Assembly (NCBI GenBank): GCA_008632985.1 | Contig: QPGO01000070.1 | Span: 1 to 64,000, forward strand | Length of the DNA: 64,000 bases | Origin: Psammoneis japonica | Taxonomy: Eukaryota | Direction of reading: 5' to 3' | Position numbers and translations under genes: made by a program | Shown here: positions 36,076 to 48,593 of the stretch, piece by piece | Numbering within the stretch: position 1 is the first letter of the stretch | Layout of the letters: the number at the start of each line of letters is the position of its first letter | Notes under the pieces: model-generated | What the model was told of the DNA's origin: nothing | The model's database searches: none | The model's input: the letters and a program-made list of their open reading frames with translations, nothing else

Positions 36076-36418
36076 TGACATCACAAAACAAGACAATGAG
36101 AATGCAGTCATTGGACATTGCAAAATTTGTCCAAAATGGATGGATGCAAGACAGGACACATGCATGTGTTTGCATGTGTTTGGGAAAAAAAACAGCAATG
36201 GCCAGCATTGAGTCTGCAAGTCCACCATTTTTACCGTGCTGACATCACAAAACAAGATGACAGGGATGTGGTCATTTGACATAGAAGGTTTCTGGCAAAA
36301 TTTGTCAAAAACGGATGGATGCAAGACATGACACATGCACATGATGTTTGGGGAAAAACGCACGACTGAAAACACAGGTTTGCATTAAGTCTGCAAGTCT
36401 GCCGTTTTTACCGTGCTT
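36076..36418 (+). repeat. Degenerate tandem repeat of ~165-180 bp within TpA-depleted relic DNA
   Basis: Both units begin tgacatcacaaaacaaga, contain ggatggatgcaagaca and end gtctgcaagtc...tttttaccgtgct. Confidence 0.7.
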
Positions 36419-37659
36419 CATCGTGGTAAAAAAATTGCATGTGTTCAATGCATGTGTGTTTCACATGCATGGTGCTGCCACAAGGCCATTTGATTGTGCC
36501 ACCAGGCAAAAATCTTATGGCCGCCTTCATTGACCTTGCAGTGTCAGCACAGTGTGGCATGGATTGTTGACAATTTGTTTTCAAATGCACATCATGCTGT
36601 TTCACCAACCCGATTGTGTCAACGGATCTGCACTTGTGCCACTTGTTTTGCAGATCTCAGTGTGGGAAAAATCAACAGGCTTTCAGAACACAGAATTCTG
36701 CATGCATCCTTGGTGGTGCTTTCTCAATCATGGCAGCCCTTGGCAAAGACTGGTGTGATGTCCAGAGCAGCAGCAAGCTTGTTGATGCCTGCCAGCTCAT
36801 CCTTGTTCCAATTAAAAACAATCGCAGTTGGCTTGTTTCACATTCTGTCAACACACAAAAAATGAAGAAGGAAGCCAATTTGATGGGTTGTTTCCTCCAT
36901 TCAAAAGCATCACACAGATCATGCCCTGGTTGAGGCCAATGAAGCAGTGAACACAGTCGCAAATGCAATCCCCGCCGTCCCAAAAATTGAAGAAAGATTG
37001 GAAATGATTGCCAAAATCTGCCCTGGCCCTCATGTCTCAACCAACAGCATTGCCATCAAAATCCAAGTGACACATGGGGCCAAAATGTTGATTGTTTGTT
37101 GATCCATTTTTTGTGATCGCAGAAACCAATGGCATGGAGCGTCCAAGTGTGACCAAAAAGCATCGCTTGTGCCAAGGCACAATGGTGATTGTTGTTGAAT
37201 TGAGCTTGTGTTGTTGTCGTTGCAACGACGAGAAGGGGAGCAACGTGATGGCAATGAAAGCAAAGAAGAAAAGTTGCATCATCTGTCCCGCAGCAAGTGG
37301 CGACACACGGGCAATTCGTGGTGCAAAATCTGATCCAGCATGCATTGAGCAACGTTGACATCGCCATGGCTGAGAACCGTCGCTGCACATGCCGCCTCAA
37401 ATGATGGAGGTTGTTCCGCAGCCGAGTTCATGTTCAGCAACCATGCTGCACTATATTGAGCTTACATGGGATCCATTTCCAGAGACGAAGACACGACGGT
37501 GGTTGAGTTCGCATGCGGGACCTGCAGCTCCGGAATTGGAGTGGGCTGTAAATTCGGACTGATGGAAGAAATGCTGGTTTTGTGATTGCTGGCATCGCCG
37601 TAACTGCTGGTGGTTTCGTATGTTTCATAACGCATAAGTAGATATGTTTAATAGACGGC

Positions 37660-39498
37660 TCACGCATCATCGGCTAACTTTTTAACAGAGTAGTTTTTCC
37701 CTCCGTTGTACATAACAAGAACAAATCCAGCCACCCACTTGCTGGGATCGGTCCTGCTTCTATGTTCCTCGACGTATTTCCTTAGTTGAGCATGATACGC
37801 TTCCCATTCATGGGCTGTGGGCCCCGTGGGATTGTCCTTTTTTTTGAGCTCTAGTACCAGCGTGCATTTCTCCGTCGTAATTGTAACATCACTCCTTCCG
37901 GCATCGAGCTTATCCTCCTGCGTCGTTACAACATCTCGGGAAATCGTTTTGAATTCTTCATACAGGGATTCCACGACATTTCCTTGTAATTGCAGCTCCA
38001 GTATCCTGTTGTTTTCTCGGGACGCTGCCCAAGCAATCAACGCAGCCATCCGACTCTCTGAAAGGGCGTGCAAAAACTCGAGGAGGATGTCTTCCCCTTT
38101 ATCGTACATGTCTTCTTTCGTTTCCAGCTCAAGAATATCAGCAATAGAGCTCGCAAGTGCAAGGTTTAACGCATTCAAGTGCTTCTTCCGGTAGTAATCG
38201 CTGGTTGATTTGAATTCTGTTTCGTTGTTTTGGTTGTTTGTGGCCGACGCAACTCCTAGATGAAGAAGCAAAGTGAGGTACTGGTTCGTGTCCAGCCCAC
38301 CTTGCTCCAAAAGAGTCGTAATTGACATATCTCGGCTGATTGAGAATCCAGCCAACGTTTGCCCATCGGCAAGCTGGCTGACTAGGGCACGGATCCGACT
38401 TGTCTTGGACTTCTTGATAAGATCGAACGCGCTACCGGGTATCTCCTCGGCTTTAGTGATAGCGGAGAGGTTTGCAAGCCACTCATTCCGGTCTGAAGCC
38501 TGTTGAAGTTGATCCATAGCTTGGTTCATCATACCAGTATGGTAGAGCGGACTTCCATGTGGGAATCCCAGATTGTTGAAGTTCTTTTTCAGAGCTCCAA
38601 GCACTCGATCTTGCTCGCAGTCATCAAAAGATTCACCCGGGATCGCTGCTTGCAGCATATTAGTTACGTCGCTATGACGCAATCCAACAGCATCCGCCAT
38701 ATTTCTCTGAAACGATAAATCGACATATCTGAAACCAGAGATAAGCGTGAGGCCGACGGGAGTTATTCCAGTGACCCACGCGTTCACCTTCATTTGGTTG
38801 CTGCTTGAACTCTTGCAATTGTCGAAGAGGTTGACGTATTGAGCATAACAAGCCTTCATTTTCTTCCTGACATCGGGAATCTTGGAACCAATGAAATCAA
38901 ACAAGACGTCGCGGATTGGTTTGTCGTACTCGTCGATGAGTAGGAGGAGAGTGGGCTTGGACTTGGGCTTATCGTCGTCACATCCACTCAGATGCACGTG
39001 TGCGATCGAATCAGACAGCAAGCTGATCATTTCTCCTGCATCCATGTCGTTCATTGAACCCATCAAATTCGTCTCAAAATGTTTCTTTACCGAAGCGTGC
39101 TTTGACAGGAAACTCGAGACGCGCCGCTGGACGGTGTTGCGAATCTTTTTATCGATTTCTCTGGCCTGCTCTTCCCACGCTGCTTCGGCGCCGCCCGTAA
39201 ACCCAACACCTCCGAGGTTAATAGGAATAACATACCAGGAATTCTTAACCTCGTCTGGTGGGTACGATTCTAGCCCGGAAGGAGCTGTTTCTGTGTTGCT
39301 GAGGAGGAGCTCTGCTAGCGACAGGAGCGTCGTCTTGCCCAATTGGGGCGGGCGTGTAAAGAGCACGTTTGTGTTGTTGTTAGCACACGCCGTCACAAAC
39401 TTGCTGTTGTCTCTGAAAATCTTGTTGTCAACGTCGTACACGTCCGTTCCCAACTCTTGATACTGAGGGAATTTACGCTTCTTTGGCAGCAGAGACAT
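37660..39498 (-). CDS. AAA-ATPase-like NTPase fused to a C-terminal PD-(D/E)XK nuclease, intronless
   Basis: Walker A RPPQLGKT, Walker B LLIDEYDKP, VTGI, nuclease GRSD...LELK...QLRKY, and N-terminal PKKRK. Confidence 0.8.
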   Translation of the reverse strand: MSLLPKKRKFPQYQELGTDVYDVDNKIFRDNSKFVTACANNNTNVLFTRPPQLGKTTLLSLAELLLSNTETAPSGLESYPPDEVKNSWYVIPINLGGVGFTGGAEAAWEEQAREIDKKIRNTVQRRVSSFLSKHASVKKHFETNLMGSMNDMDAGEMISLLSDSIAHVHLSGCDDDKPKSKPTLLLLIDEYDKPIRDVLFDFIGSKIPDVRKKMKACYAQYVNLFDNCKSSSSNQMKVNAWVTGITPVGLTLISGFRYVDLSFQRNMADAVGLRHSDVTNMLQAAIPGESFDDCEQDRVLGALKKNFNNLGFPHGSPLYHTGMMNQAMDQLQQASDRNEWLANLSAITKAEEIPGSAFDLIKKSKTSRIRALVSQLADGQTLAGFSISRDMSITTLLEQGGLDTNQYLTLLLHLGVASATNNQNNETEFKSTSDYYRKKHLNALNLALASSIADILELETKEDMYDKGEDILLEFLHALSESRMAALIAWAASRENNRILELQLQGNVVESLYEEFKTISRDVVTTQEDKLDAGRSDVTITTEKCTLVLELKKKDNPTGPTAHEWEAYHAQLRKYVEEHRSRTDPSKWVAGFVLVMYNGGKNYSVKKLADDA

Positions 39499-39719
39499 CT
39501 TGTCTTTAAAATGTAAAATGCTAATATTATGTATTTTTTGTTGTCAGCTCTCGTCTTCGCTTTTTGCCTTTGCTGCTATTACCAGTGCTGGTACAGTACT
39601 ACCTATGGCTGGAATTGATTTTCTGAAATTTGGAGTAGATTTCTACGTAAATAGCATAAGACGTCACCAAGTTGAAGTTCATTTTATTGGTGGGAAAACA
39701 AAAAGCACGAGAATTATCA

Positions 39720-42700
39720 CGTGCCCGGTCGCTTGACGATGATGCTTACAGCTTCTTGAAAATCCTTGGCTTTTTGCACTACGACCCATGCCCGCCTTGC
39801 CAACCCACCTGTGAAGCTCCCTGTTGGCCGAAGTGCAAAAACCCATCATGTCTGATGTCCGAAAATCGTTCGCATTAAAACACATGCATCGCTGTTCTTG
39901 GATTCTCGCGTTCAGAATCAACAGATGCCAGCAGACCTGTGGGCAGAGTGCTGCAGTGCAAAATTCAAGATCAATGACAAGAGAGTCAAATCATGGGCAG
40001 ATGGTTGAAGAAGCCACAAGGCAGTGTCAACGGGGTTTCGAATTTGACGGAAGAGAACAGCGTTGTTGTTGCTTGCGGAGCGAGTTTGTGCGAAACGGAG
40101 TGACAACATGGCAGTCAAGCCCAACCCCTTTTCCATCTTTGTACATTCCTTGGATCAACTCAAGGGCAACAACAAAGCCTGTGCATCCTGGTTCCGCACC
40201 AACATGGAAGACTTTTTAGAATCCCTCCGTTTGGACACGAGAGGATCTCAGCCACTTTGTCGGACCCAAGTCTTTGGCAAAACCCATTGACGTTTGTCAT
40301 GATCTTGCAAACCCAAGTTGTTCTTTGCCACCAAGCATCAATGGAAGGGCGTCATGGGATCACTTTTAATGGGTGCAATTTCGGATGAGACAATTTTGAG
40401 GATTGCAGCTTCACGCCAGTCGATTGACATCATTTTTTTTAATCACCAAATGCGATGGCCAGTTTTTGTGCCACTCTAGAGGCTCATCTGCACTGCCGTC
40501 TGCACGCTTCAAGAACGAATGGACCACTTGTGCCTTCCACACAAAAATGGATCTGTGTTTGTGTTGAACAGTGGACAGACAGGAACGGGCACAAGTCCCC
40601 GGGTGCAAGTTCCGGCCCCTCTCTGATTGCACACTCTAAACCATGTGCTGCTTGGACCAATCAAAGGAGTTCAAGCACTGCTCCAGAATATTTTTTTTAC
40701 ATTCAATGACCAATGGGTCTGCCTGCCCCCGTGGCATCAGCAGAATTGAGCAAAGCCAAGGGTGGCATCACGCAATGACGGCACCAGAGGCACCAGCAAC
40801 CAACAACAACATTTTCACAATTTGCCAGACACAACAGAGCTTCATCGCACACTCTTCCTGTCGAGATGCTTGCCTCTTGTGAAGACATTTCAAAGGAAAC
40901 TACGATGCTTCAGCATCACACACATCTCATGAGAGTCCGCGCAATCTTGACTCCAAAATGCCATTCTGAATTGGCAGGGGAAGGTGCAGAATGTCTTCAG
41001 GTTTGTGCAAAAGGTGAGAGCATCGAAACCTTTTCCTGTCACAGAAAATGGGAAAAGACAATTTCAAGAAATCGGTTGGGCATTGACGGCTGGATCAGGT
41101 GTTGTCAAGTGCGCGCGCAAGTTTGCAAAGAGAGCACCACGGTGCACTCACCATGCAATTGATGATGGATGTGTTGAGGACACCAAGAGGGTCCAAGAAT
41201 TTGGACCCACCACTCCCAATTGGAGGTCTGCAAGATTTGGACCCTTCGCACTCTACACACTCATCAAAACATTCAAGACGCACGGTGTGCTGTTGGTTTT
41301 GCTTTCAAGTTTGCATCAACAGCGTCGCCGAAGGCGATGCTTCGATCGTTGCATGTTGCATTGCTGCATGAATTTTTTGAAATCGTGTGGCCGCTGTAGA
41401 AATTGTGCGGGGACAAAGACACAACGGCCAATTGCATTCACTGTGAAGAATTTAGAGCGCCAGTTGCATTTTGTGCCACATTGCGTAGATTCCTGCACCA
41501 CACAGCGTCAGAACAATTCCAGCCACATGGGGACACACATGATAAATTGGACGCTTCACTGAATGGCTGTGTCTCATTGTCTTCATGAACAGATGTTAAA
41601 GATGAAACATTTGACGCCACTCATCCAAAAGAGCTTCGTTTGCGATTTGCCTGCACAGACTTTGAACAATGGCATCAAGAATGACTGAACTGTTTCATCA
41701 AACTCAGAGGCAACCACTGATTTAAGGATGGATCATCATTCAGTGGTCAATTTTATGAAGAGCTTGTAAATGCTTGAAAATGACTCAGATTTGCAACACC
41801 AAATGCGTGTGGCATTGGGCCGGCCAAAAGAATTCAGTGACAGGTTGAACTTTGTCCTTTCGCAAGACATCACAGAATGCATTGACAATGAATGTGAAGG
41901 TTTGGGATCTCTAGAATGATGACTGCAGGTGTCTTGCAGCCAGTCAAATGCCAATTGTTGGCCTTTCCTGGAAAGTTGCAGCTCATTTGCCATGAACACA
42001 ACCCGATTTTGACAAAAAAGGGTGGTTTGTCGAATGCAACAACTGCGCCAAATGCAATGCTGGCATTTGAAGGTTGACAAGGGCAGCTCATGTGCAGGTT
42101 TGCCAGCCCTGACAGAGGCCAGATGAGCTGACAGAAGAAGTTTCTTTGGATGATTTAGAATTTTTGAGGTCAGGAGTGATGGTCATTGGGTGAGGTCAGC
42201 CTGTGTTTCACAAGGCAAGCCCATTGTCTTGAGGCATCACATGAGGAAAAGGCTTGTTTCATGTGGCTCCAAGGAAGGAGAGAGACATGTGTTGACAACT
42301 TTCCTGTTGCTGCAATGAGTTTCATTCACAAGAGAATTCCAAGAATCAGTCAGAGGATGCAGATGACCCTGTTCCCAGTCATGTGCAGCAACACAATGAC
42401 TGTGTGCCACAAGCTCCAGGGGGGGAGCACAATTGTGAGCCTGGTTTGCTCAACAAGAACTTTGACTGCAGCAGAGACAACTGGGTTTGTGAGGTTCTGT
42501 CCAGAGTGACCAAAAGAAAGGAACTTTATCTTGGGAAGAAAAGCTTGATGGCAGGAAAATGAAGTGCATGCCATTGGCATTGAGTGAGTTCCTTGGTCAC
42601 TTCAGGAGCACAAAAGGGCTCCAAAAAAGCTGTCAGGCTCCTGCTGCAAATGACTGTGCAAGGCATTGCAACTGAAGATTGCAGTCATCAGAAAACAATT

Positions 42701-42991
42701 TTTTTAACAACACAGCAACAATCTAGGCTTGCATCATGTGATTGCCCTTGTGAGGCGTGGAAACAAGGGGGTTGAGCAAGTTGTTTGCGCTCACGCAATC
42801 CCCGGTTTGAAATGCGAAATAAAGTGAGCACAAAAAGCACAAAATCCAAAAATCCATCATCTTGACGGAAAAAAGAAAAATGTCACATCCACACATGAAG
42901 AAGACAAATGCAAGACAAAAAAGCAACTGGCATTGTGACATTTAACACAAATGACCTGAAAACAGAAAAATGGCCTGCCGATTGGCTGGGA
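39720..42991. repeat. TpA-depleted relic DNA, unclassified
   Basis: Sparse TA and low CG distally. No intact ORF. Confidence 0.5.
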
Positions 42992-43155
42992 TGCAAGCTC
43001 AAGCTGAGGTTGATGTCAAAACAAAGAAGTGGGCAGACCAAAGAGAGGGAGAGCCTGAGCGTCAGTGAGCACTGGCGAGCCCTCTCAAACGGCTGCGTCA
43101 ATCTAACATCCAAAATCAATGCTGTGTGTCAGAAGTGTGCGAGTGAGTTGCTGCA
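42992..43155 (-). repeat. Gypsy 3' LTR
   Basis: Direct repeat of 48430-48593, adjacent to the PPT. Confidence 0.9.
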
Positions 43156-46100
43156 CTCTTCCCTTCCATGATCCGAAAGAACCAGAGGATCATGCAAAGG
43201 GCCAAAACCAAAGGACCAAAACCCAAAGAAATCATGCAGGAGGAAACCCAGGTGTTGGGAAGAAAACCCCCTGACAAACCACGAAAAGGAATCAGGCGCC
43301 GAATGTTGAGGCACTCAACCACATGAGGAGCTTGTCGAACTGAAAGTGCGCCATTCACATGCACTTGAACAATGGGACAAGGGCCATGAGCACGAGGCTT
43401 GAGTGTAGACGGGTCAACCGACTTGATTGGAACTTGATCACCCACTTGACAATTGCAGGATCTTCTCTTGGCATTGGCTCTTTGCAAATTGTCGTTGATC
43501 AACGTCTGGCGATGGGCTTGAACAGTCAACAAGTCTGCCAGCACAGAGACATCTAGGATCATGTCACGTCCGAATGCCATGGCACCTGGTGAAGTCTGTA
43601 AAGCATGGGAAACAGCACAGCGAGTTGCATGCATTGCAGTTGCCAAAGCATTGTCCACGAGGCTAGCTGCATCCTGAAGGTTTTGAGGTGGACCAGAAGC
43701 AATGAGCGTGCGCAACACATTGCCGACGGTCTGGTGCATTCGTTCGCAAATCGCATTGGCTTGAGGGTTGTACGAAGCAGTCGGCACATCATCAATTCCG
43801 GCTCGTTGCAACAGCATCTGAAAGTCGCACCCGGTGAACTTGCCGCCATTGTCATGGATGCATCAATTCGGTCTGGGACAGCGTGCAAGCCAGCAGTTTT
43901 CAAATCGGTTGGCAACATGTTGGGCAGTTTTGTTTTCAATTCTCACCAGTTCAACAAGATTGGAGACAGGATCAATGCAGGTCAACGCCCGAAACTGAAT
44001 CTCTCCATTCGGCACTTTGATTTTCCACGGGCCAATGAGGTCAACCGCCACTTCCGACCAGGGAGTCAACGGAGCTTCTTGCTCGGGCAACTCTCCACAG
44101 CCAGGACCCAAAGTTTTGTTGCATTGACAATCAGCACAAGAGCGTTCATCACACATGCGACACAATCCAGGATGACAACAATGAGCCTGGATCGTTTCAC
44201 GCATGCGTTGGCTTCCGGCATGGCCAAGGACGAGATGACACCACTGTAAGATGTCGGGCATGAGCACAGTCGGCAAACAGATTTTCCATTGTCCTGGAGG
44301 ATCATTCGGTCGCATGCGACAACACACAAGCGGTTGATTGTTCACATGTTCCACGAGGAAACAATCAGGGTGAGCAATGCGCATCTGGTTCAGCTGTTGG
44401 TCCTCGAACTGGTGCTCCTGAATGCGTTGCAACGTCATTGGATTCTGCATCTCCTGCATCATGGGGTGGTTCAAGAAGGAATCAAACAGTTCCGGCTCAT
44501 CCACAAAGAAAGAGAAAAAGTGTGAGTGGCCTTCATTTTCAATGTTGCGACAACACTTGAATCGGCGTGCGCCGAGCTCCAAGTCCTCATCGTGGAAATC
44601 CTTGACTTCGGATGGTTCCTCACTCGGCACCAACTTTGAATCAAGCGGAGCAAAATCAACAACAGTTCCTTTGCCCGGAGCCAAGCTCTTCCCTTCAGAG
44701 GGAGGATCCACACGAGGCAAACGAGAAAAACAATCGGCCAAGACATTCAATCGACCTTCAATGCAATGAAATTGAGGAGCAAAGTCTTCCAGAAAGAGTC
44801 GCCAACGAAGGACGCGTTGTGAATTCAAGGTGCGAAAGGTGAGATTCTTGTGGTCAGTGAATGCATGCAAGTCGCCGCCAAGGAGCATCGTTCGGCATTC
44901 GCAGAAGCACGTGACAATGGCCAACAGTTCTTTTTTGATTGTTGAACAGTTTTGTTGCGCCGCATTGAGCTTTCGAGACCAGCACGCAATTGGTTTTCCA
45001 TCCTGTGCAATCACTGCGCCCATCTGGCAATCACTGGCATCGGTGTGGATGTGGAAGGGTTTGTCATGATTCGGGTGCGCCATCAATGTTTCGGCCACTG
45101 GGACTGCTTTCATCTCATCGAACGCCGATTGACATTCCGTTGTCCATGTCCACGAGCCTTCACCTGTGAGATCTGTCAAGGGTTTCAACAGGTGAGAACG
45201 CCGAGGCCACATGTTGCGACAATGCGTTGCAGCACCAAGGAACGAACGAAGCTGCTTGATGTTTTCCGGAGGTTGCATTCGCAGGATGGCCTCCACCTTT
45301 TTCTTCCATGGACGAATTCCAGTCGGAGTCAGCCAATGCCCAAGGAAATCCGTTTCCTGCACACACCATTCGCATTTCAAGGGATTTACTTTGAACCCAG
45401 CTTCTTCCAAGCATTGTGAGAGTTTGTCAAGACGGTCAAGGTGAATGTCAAAGTCGTCATCAAATTGAGCAAGATCATCAACACACGCGTCAACGTCCAA
45501 GTCGTGAACAGTTTTCTCAATCAAATGTTGCGCAATGTCTGGAGCCGGCTTCAGACCCATCGCTGAACGGCAGTGTCGGTGCTTTCCAAAGGGTGTCACA
45601 ATTGTCGTCAAATCCTTTGAGTCGTCATCTAATTCGAACGTACAGCACATCATCGAAAGGTCCAGTTTGGTCAAAAATTTGCACCCGGCTCTCTTCTGCA
45701 GCACATCTTGAATGATCGGTAAAGGACAAACCTTGCGTTTGAGAGCTTTGTTGAGTTCCCGAAAATTGCTGAGCCACCGCACTCGACCATCCTTCTTCGG
45801 CCGAATAAAAGCACCAGCAGCCCATTCCGAAGTTCCGGCTTCTTCAAGAACGCCAAGAGCCACCAAATGATCCAGTTCTCGTTTGAACGTCTCGAGATCA
45901 TTGTGCGGCACTGCATGCGCTCGAGAATGGTAAGGAACAGCGTTAGGATCAATGTCAAGGTGAACTTTTTTGCCAGTGTACTTGCCGAGAGTGCCATCAA
46001 AAAGAGCAGTGTGTTTTTCCAACACGAGGTGTAATTTTTCTTGTTGTTTGGTAGCAAGATGCTTTTGAGCCGACGCCACTTCAGAAGGGGACGTCTCCTC

Positions 46101-46342
46101 ATACTTTGCATCGAGGATGCAGCTGTCCCATGCATCATCATCGTCAGCTGGCTCATCCGCCAAGTCATCAAGCCACTGCTGGATGCCAATCCGATGGTTT
46201 CTTGGTTTCATTGCAATGCTTGAATCAAGCCACTTGACAATTCCATGTTCAAAGTCTAACGTGACACCTGCTTTCGCCAAGAAGTCCTGTCCAAGGATCA
46301 CATCATGTTGGCAGGGTGAGTCAAACACATGCGCATGCATGC

Positions 46343-46668
46343 CATCAATGCGCTTGGTCTTGTCAAATTCAGGGAGCACCATGTCCCGCAGTTGAACGCA
46401 ACGAGTCGATTTGAATTCTCCCGCTGACGTCCAAAACTTCGCAACAATTGGTCTTGTTTCCTCCATTGCTGGCACCGCTCCAACTGGTGACACCTGAGAA
46501 TGAATCATCAATGCGCTTGGTCTTGTCAAATTCAGGGAGCACCATGTCCCGCAGTTGAACGCAATGAGTCGATTTGAATTCTCCCGCTGACATCCAAAAC
46601 TTCGCAACAATTGGTCCTGTTTCCTCCATTGCTGGCACCGCTCCAACTGGTGACACCCGAGAATGAAT
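46343..46668. repeat. 163-bp tandem duplication in the Gypsy protease region (frameshifting)
   Basis: Units 46343-46505 and 46506-46668 both start catcaatgcgcttgg. Confidence 0.9.
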
Positions 46669-48429
46669 CATTGAATGGGTTCCACCGGAGTCGAGTGACA
46701 CCCACATCACGCGCTTGCTTTCCTTATCTTGGATGAATCGTGCCGCGAACAAGGTTGCAGGGACCATGCCCAAAGGTTCAATTGGTTTTGTTTTTGGGGT
46801 TGGTGCAGCGCACTCGATTCCCACATCATCTTTGTCATTCACAGCACAATTTTCGAAATCGTCATCATCAAACAAATCAGCAGCATGTGCACAACAATCA
46901 TCAGTGCAATCAGTGCAATCATCAAACATGTGGGATTCAGGAGCGACACACTCGGACGACAGCTCTTCAAGCTCATTGGGTCAGTGTCGACCGCGTCCTG
47001 AGAAGCAACCACCAGGTCTAAAACTTCCCGCTCCACCTCGACACTCACGAGGCCCTCCGACAGAATCAAGATGATGGCTTTCAGCAGACCAATCATCAGG
47101 AGGAGCCATTCTGGCCGGATTGCTGTAACCGCCGCCGTCTGCATTGGCTTGGGTGTCGTTTTGACATTGCATGTGGGAGCCACCATCTTCATGATGCTCG
47201 CCGCTGTTGCCATCAGAGTTGTGGTTTCCTCGACTGCCACAATTTCCTCGGCCACCACCACGACCTTGATGGCCATGGCCTTGCCAACCACGACCTTGAT
47301 TTCCACCACAACCATGACCTCCACCTCGACCGCCACCTCGACCACCATGGCCACCACATCCGCGACCGCCACGATCAGTTCTTGGACGGTGGTTGTTGGA
47401 GTCGGGATTCACGACGCAATCTTTCCACTTGTGATTGTGAGTGTGCAACGGACATTGGGTTTCTGGGTCAATGCGATTGCCTTTCTTCTTGTTCGAGCCA
47501 CCTTTGGACTGTCTGTCTTTTCGCTTTTTCGATGTCTTCTTGTTCCCATCCGCAAACGATTTCTCCGTGCTCATGTGCGTGACAATTTCCGCCAGTGTGT
47601 CATTTCCAATCGTGCGTCCTGCTCTTGCACACATTTCACGCCACGGCAGAGGAAAGCCATCGAAAATCATCTTCTTCTTCTGGTTCTGAGCAACAACTGG
47701 ATATTTCCCGGCAACTTGTTTGTGCATCGCACCAAAGTTTCCATTCGATCCACGTGTGCCTGCACTTCAACGTCACACGGCTTTTTAAGAGCAAGCAAGC
47801 ATTCAATCATTGTGTCACGAGCTTCAGTTTCACAGTGCGACAAACAAAAACGAGCCAATTCTTGGTTGAAACGAGCCACCGTCTTCTGCGCATCTGGAAT
47901 TGCCATGGTGAGATTAGACCATTCATCTTCAGCTGTGTCCGTCAACACTTCTTCAAAATTGTCAAACAATTCTTCTCCTGCTGCAGTGAATTCGAGTTTT
48001 GCAGCCAGTTTACGAAAACGATCTTCCACAAACAACAACGCTTCAATCCCATCACTTCCGTCAAAACAAGGACATTTTTTCGTACGCGTGCTACCATCAT
48101 CATGCGATTGAGTCAACTTTGCAAGTTCCAAATCCGAGTGGGCAAATTTCGCAGCATGCAAAATGCACGGTTCCTTGAGGCTCTCGCGATTGCTCATCAG
48201 GCCAAGTTGGTCCACCAAGAAACTGTTTCAAGCACTCTACCTTCGATTCGAGTTGTGCCACCCGAATCGCCAAATCCTGTTCGCGTTGTTTTCGTGTCTT
48301 CTTTTCTCGTTCTTGTTCCAAAGCCCAACTCGCTGCCTTCACTCTCAAAGTTCTTTTCTCTTGTTTCGCAAGCCTGTCAGTTGTGTCGTTGTTTCTCATT
48401 CAGCTCTTTACAATCGACTGTAATTACAG

Positions 48430-48593
48430 TGCAAGCTCAAGCTGAGGTTGATGTTAAAACAAAGAAGTGAGTAGACCGAAGAGAGGGAGAGCCTAAGCGT
48501 CAGCGAGCACTGGCGAGCCCTCTCAAACGGCTACGTTAATCTAATGTCCAAAATTAACACCACATGTCAGAAGTGTGCGAGTGAGTTACTGCA
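48430..48593 (-). repeat. Gypsy 5' LTR
   Basis: Direct repeat of 42992-43155; retains more TA sites. Confidence 0.9.

Larger units (their letters stand above)
42992..48593 (-). mobile_element. Ty3/Gypsy LTR retrotransposon, near full length and degenerate
   Basis: 164-bp LTRs at 42992-43155 and 48430-48593, and PPT ggaagggaagag. Order gag, protease (LDSGG), RT (ACVDD), RNase H (TDAS, TDHK), integrase (PQANAICER). No TSD. Confidence 0.93.
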
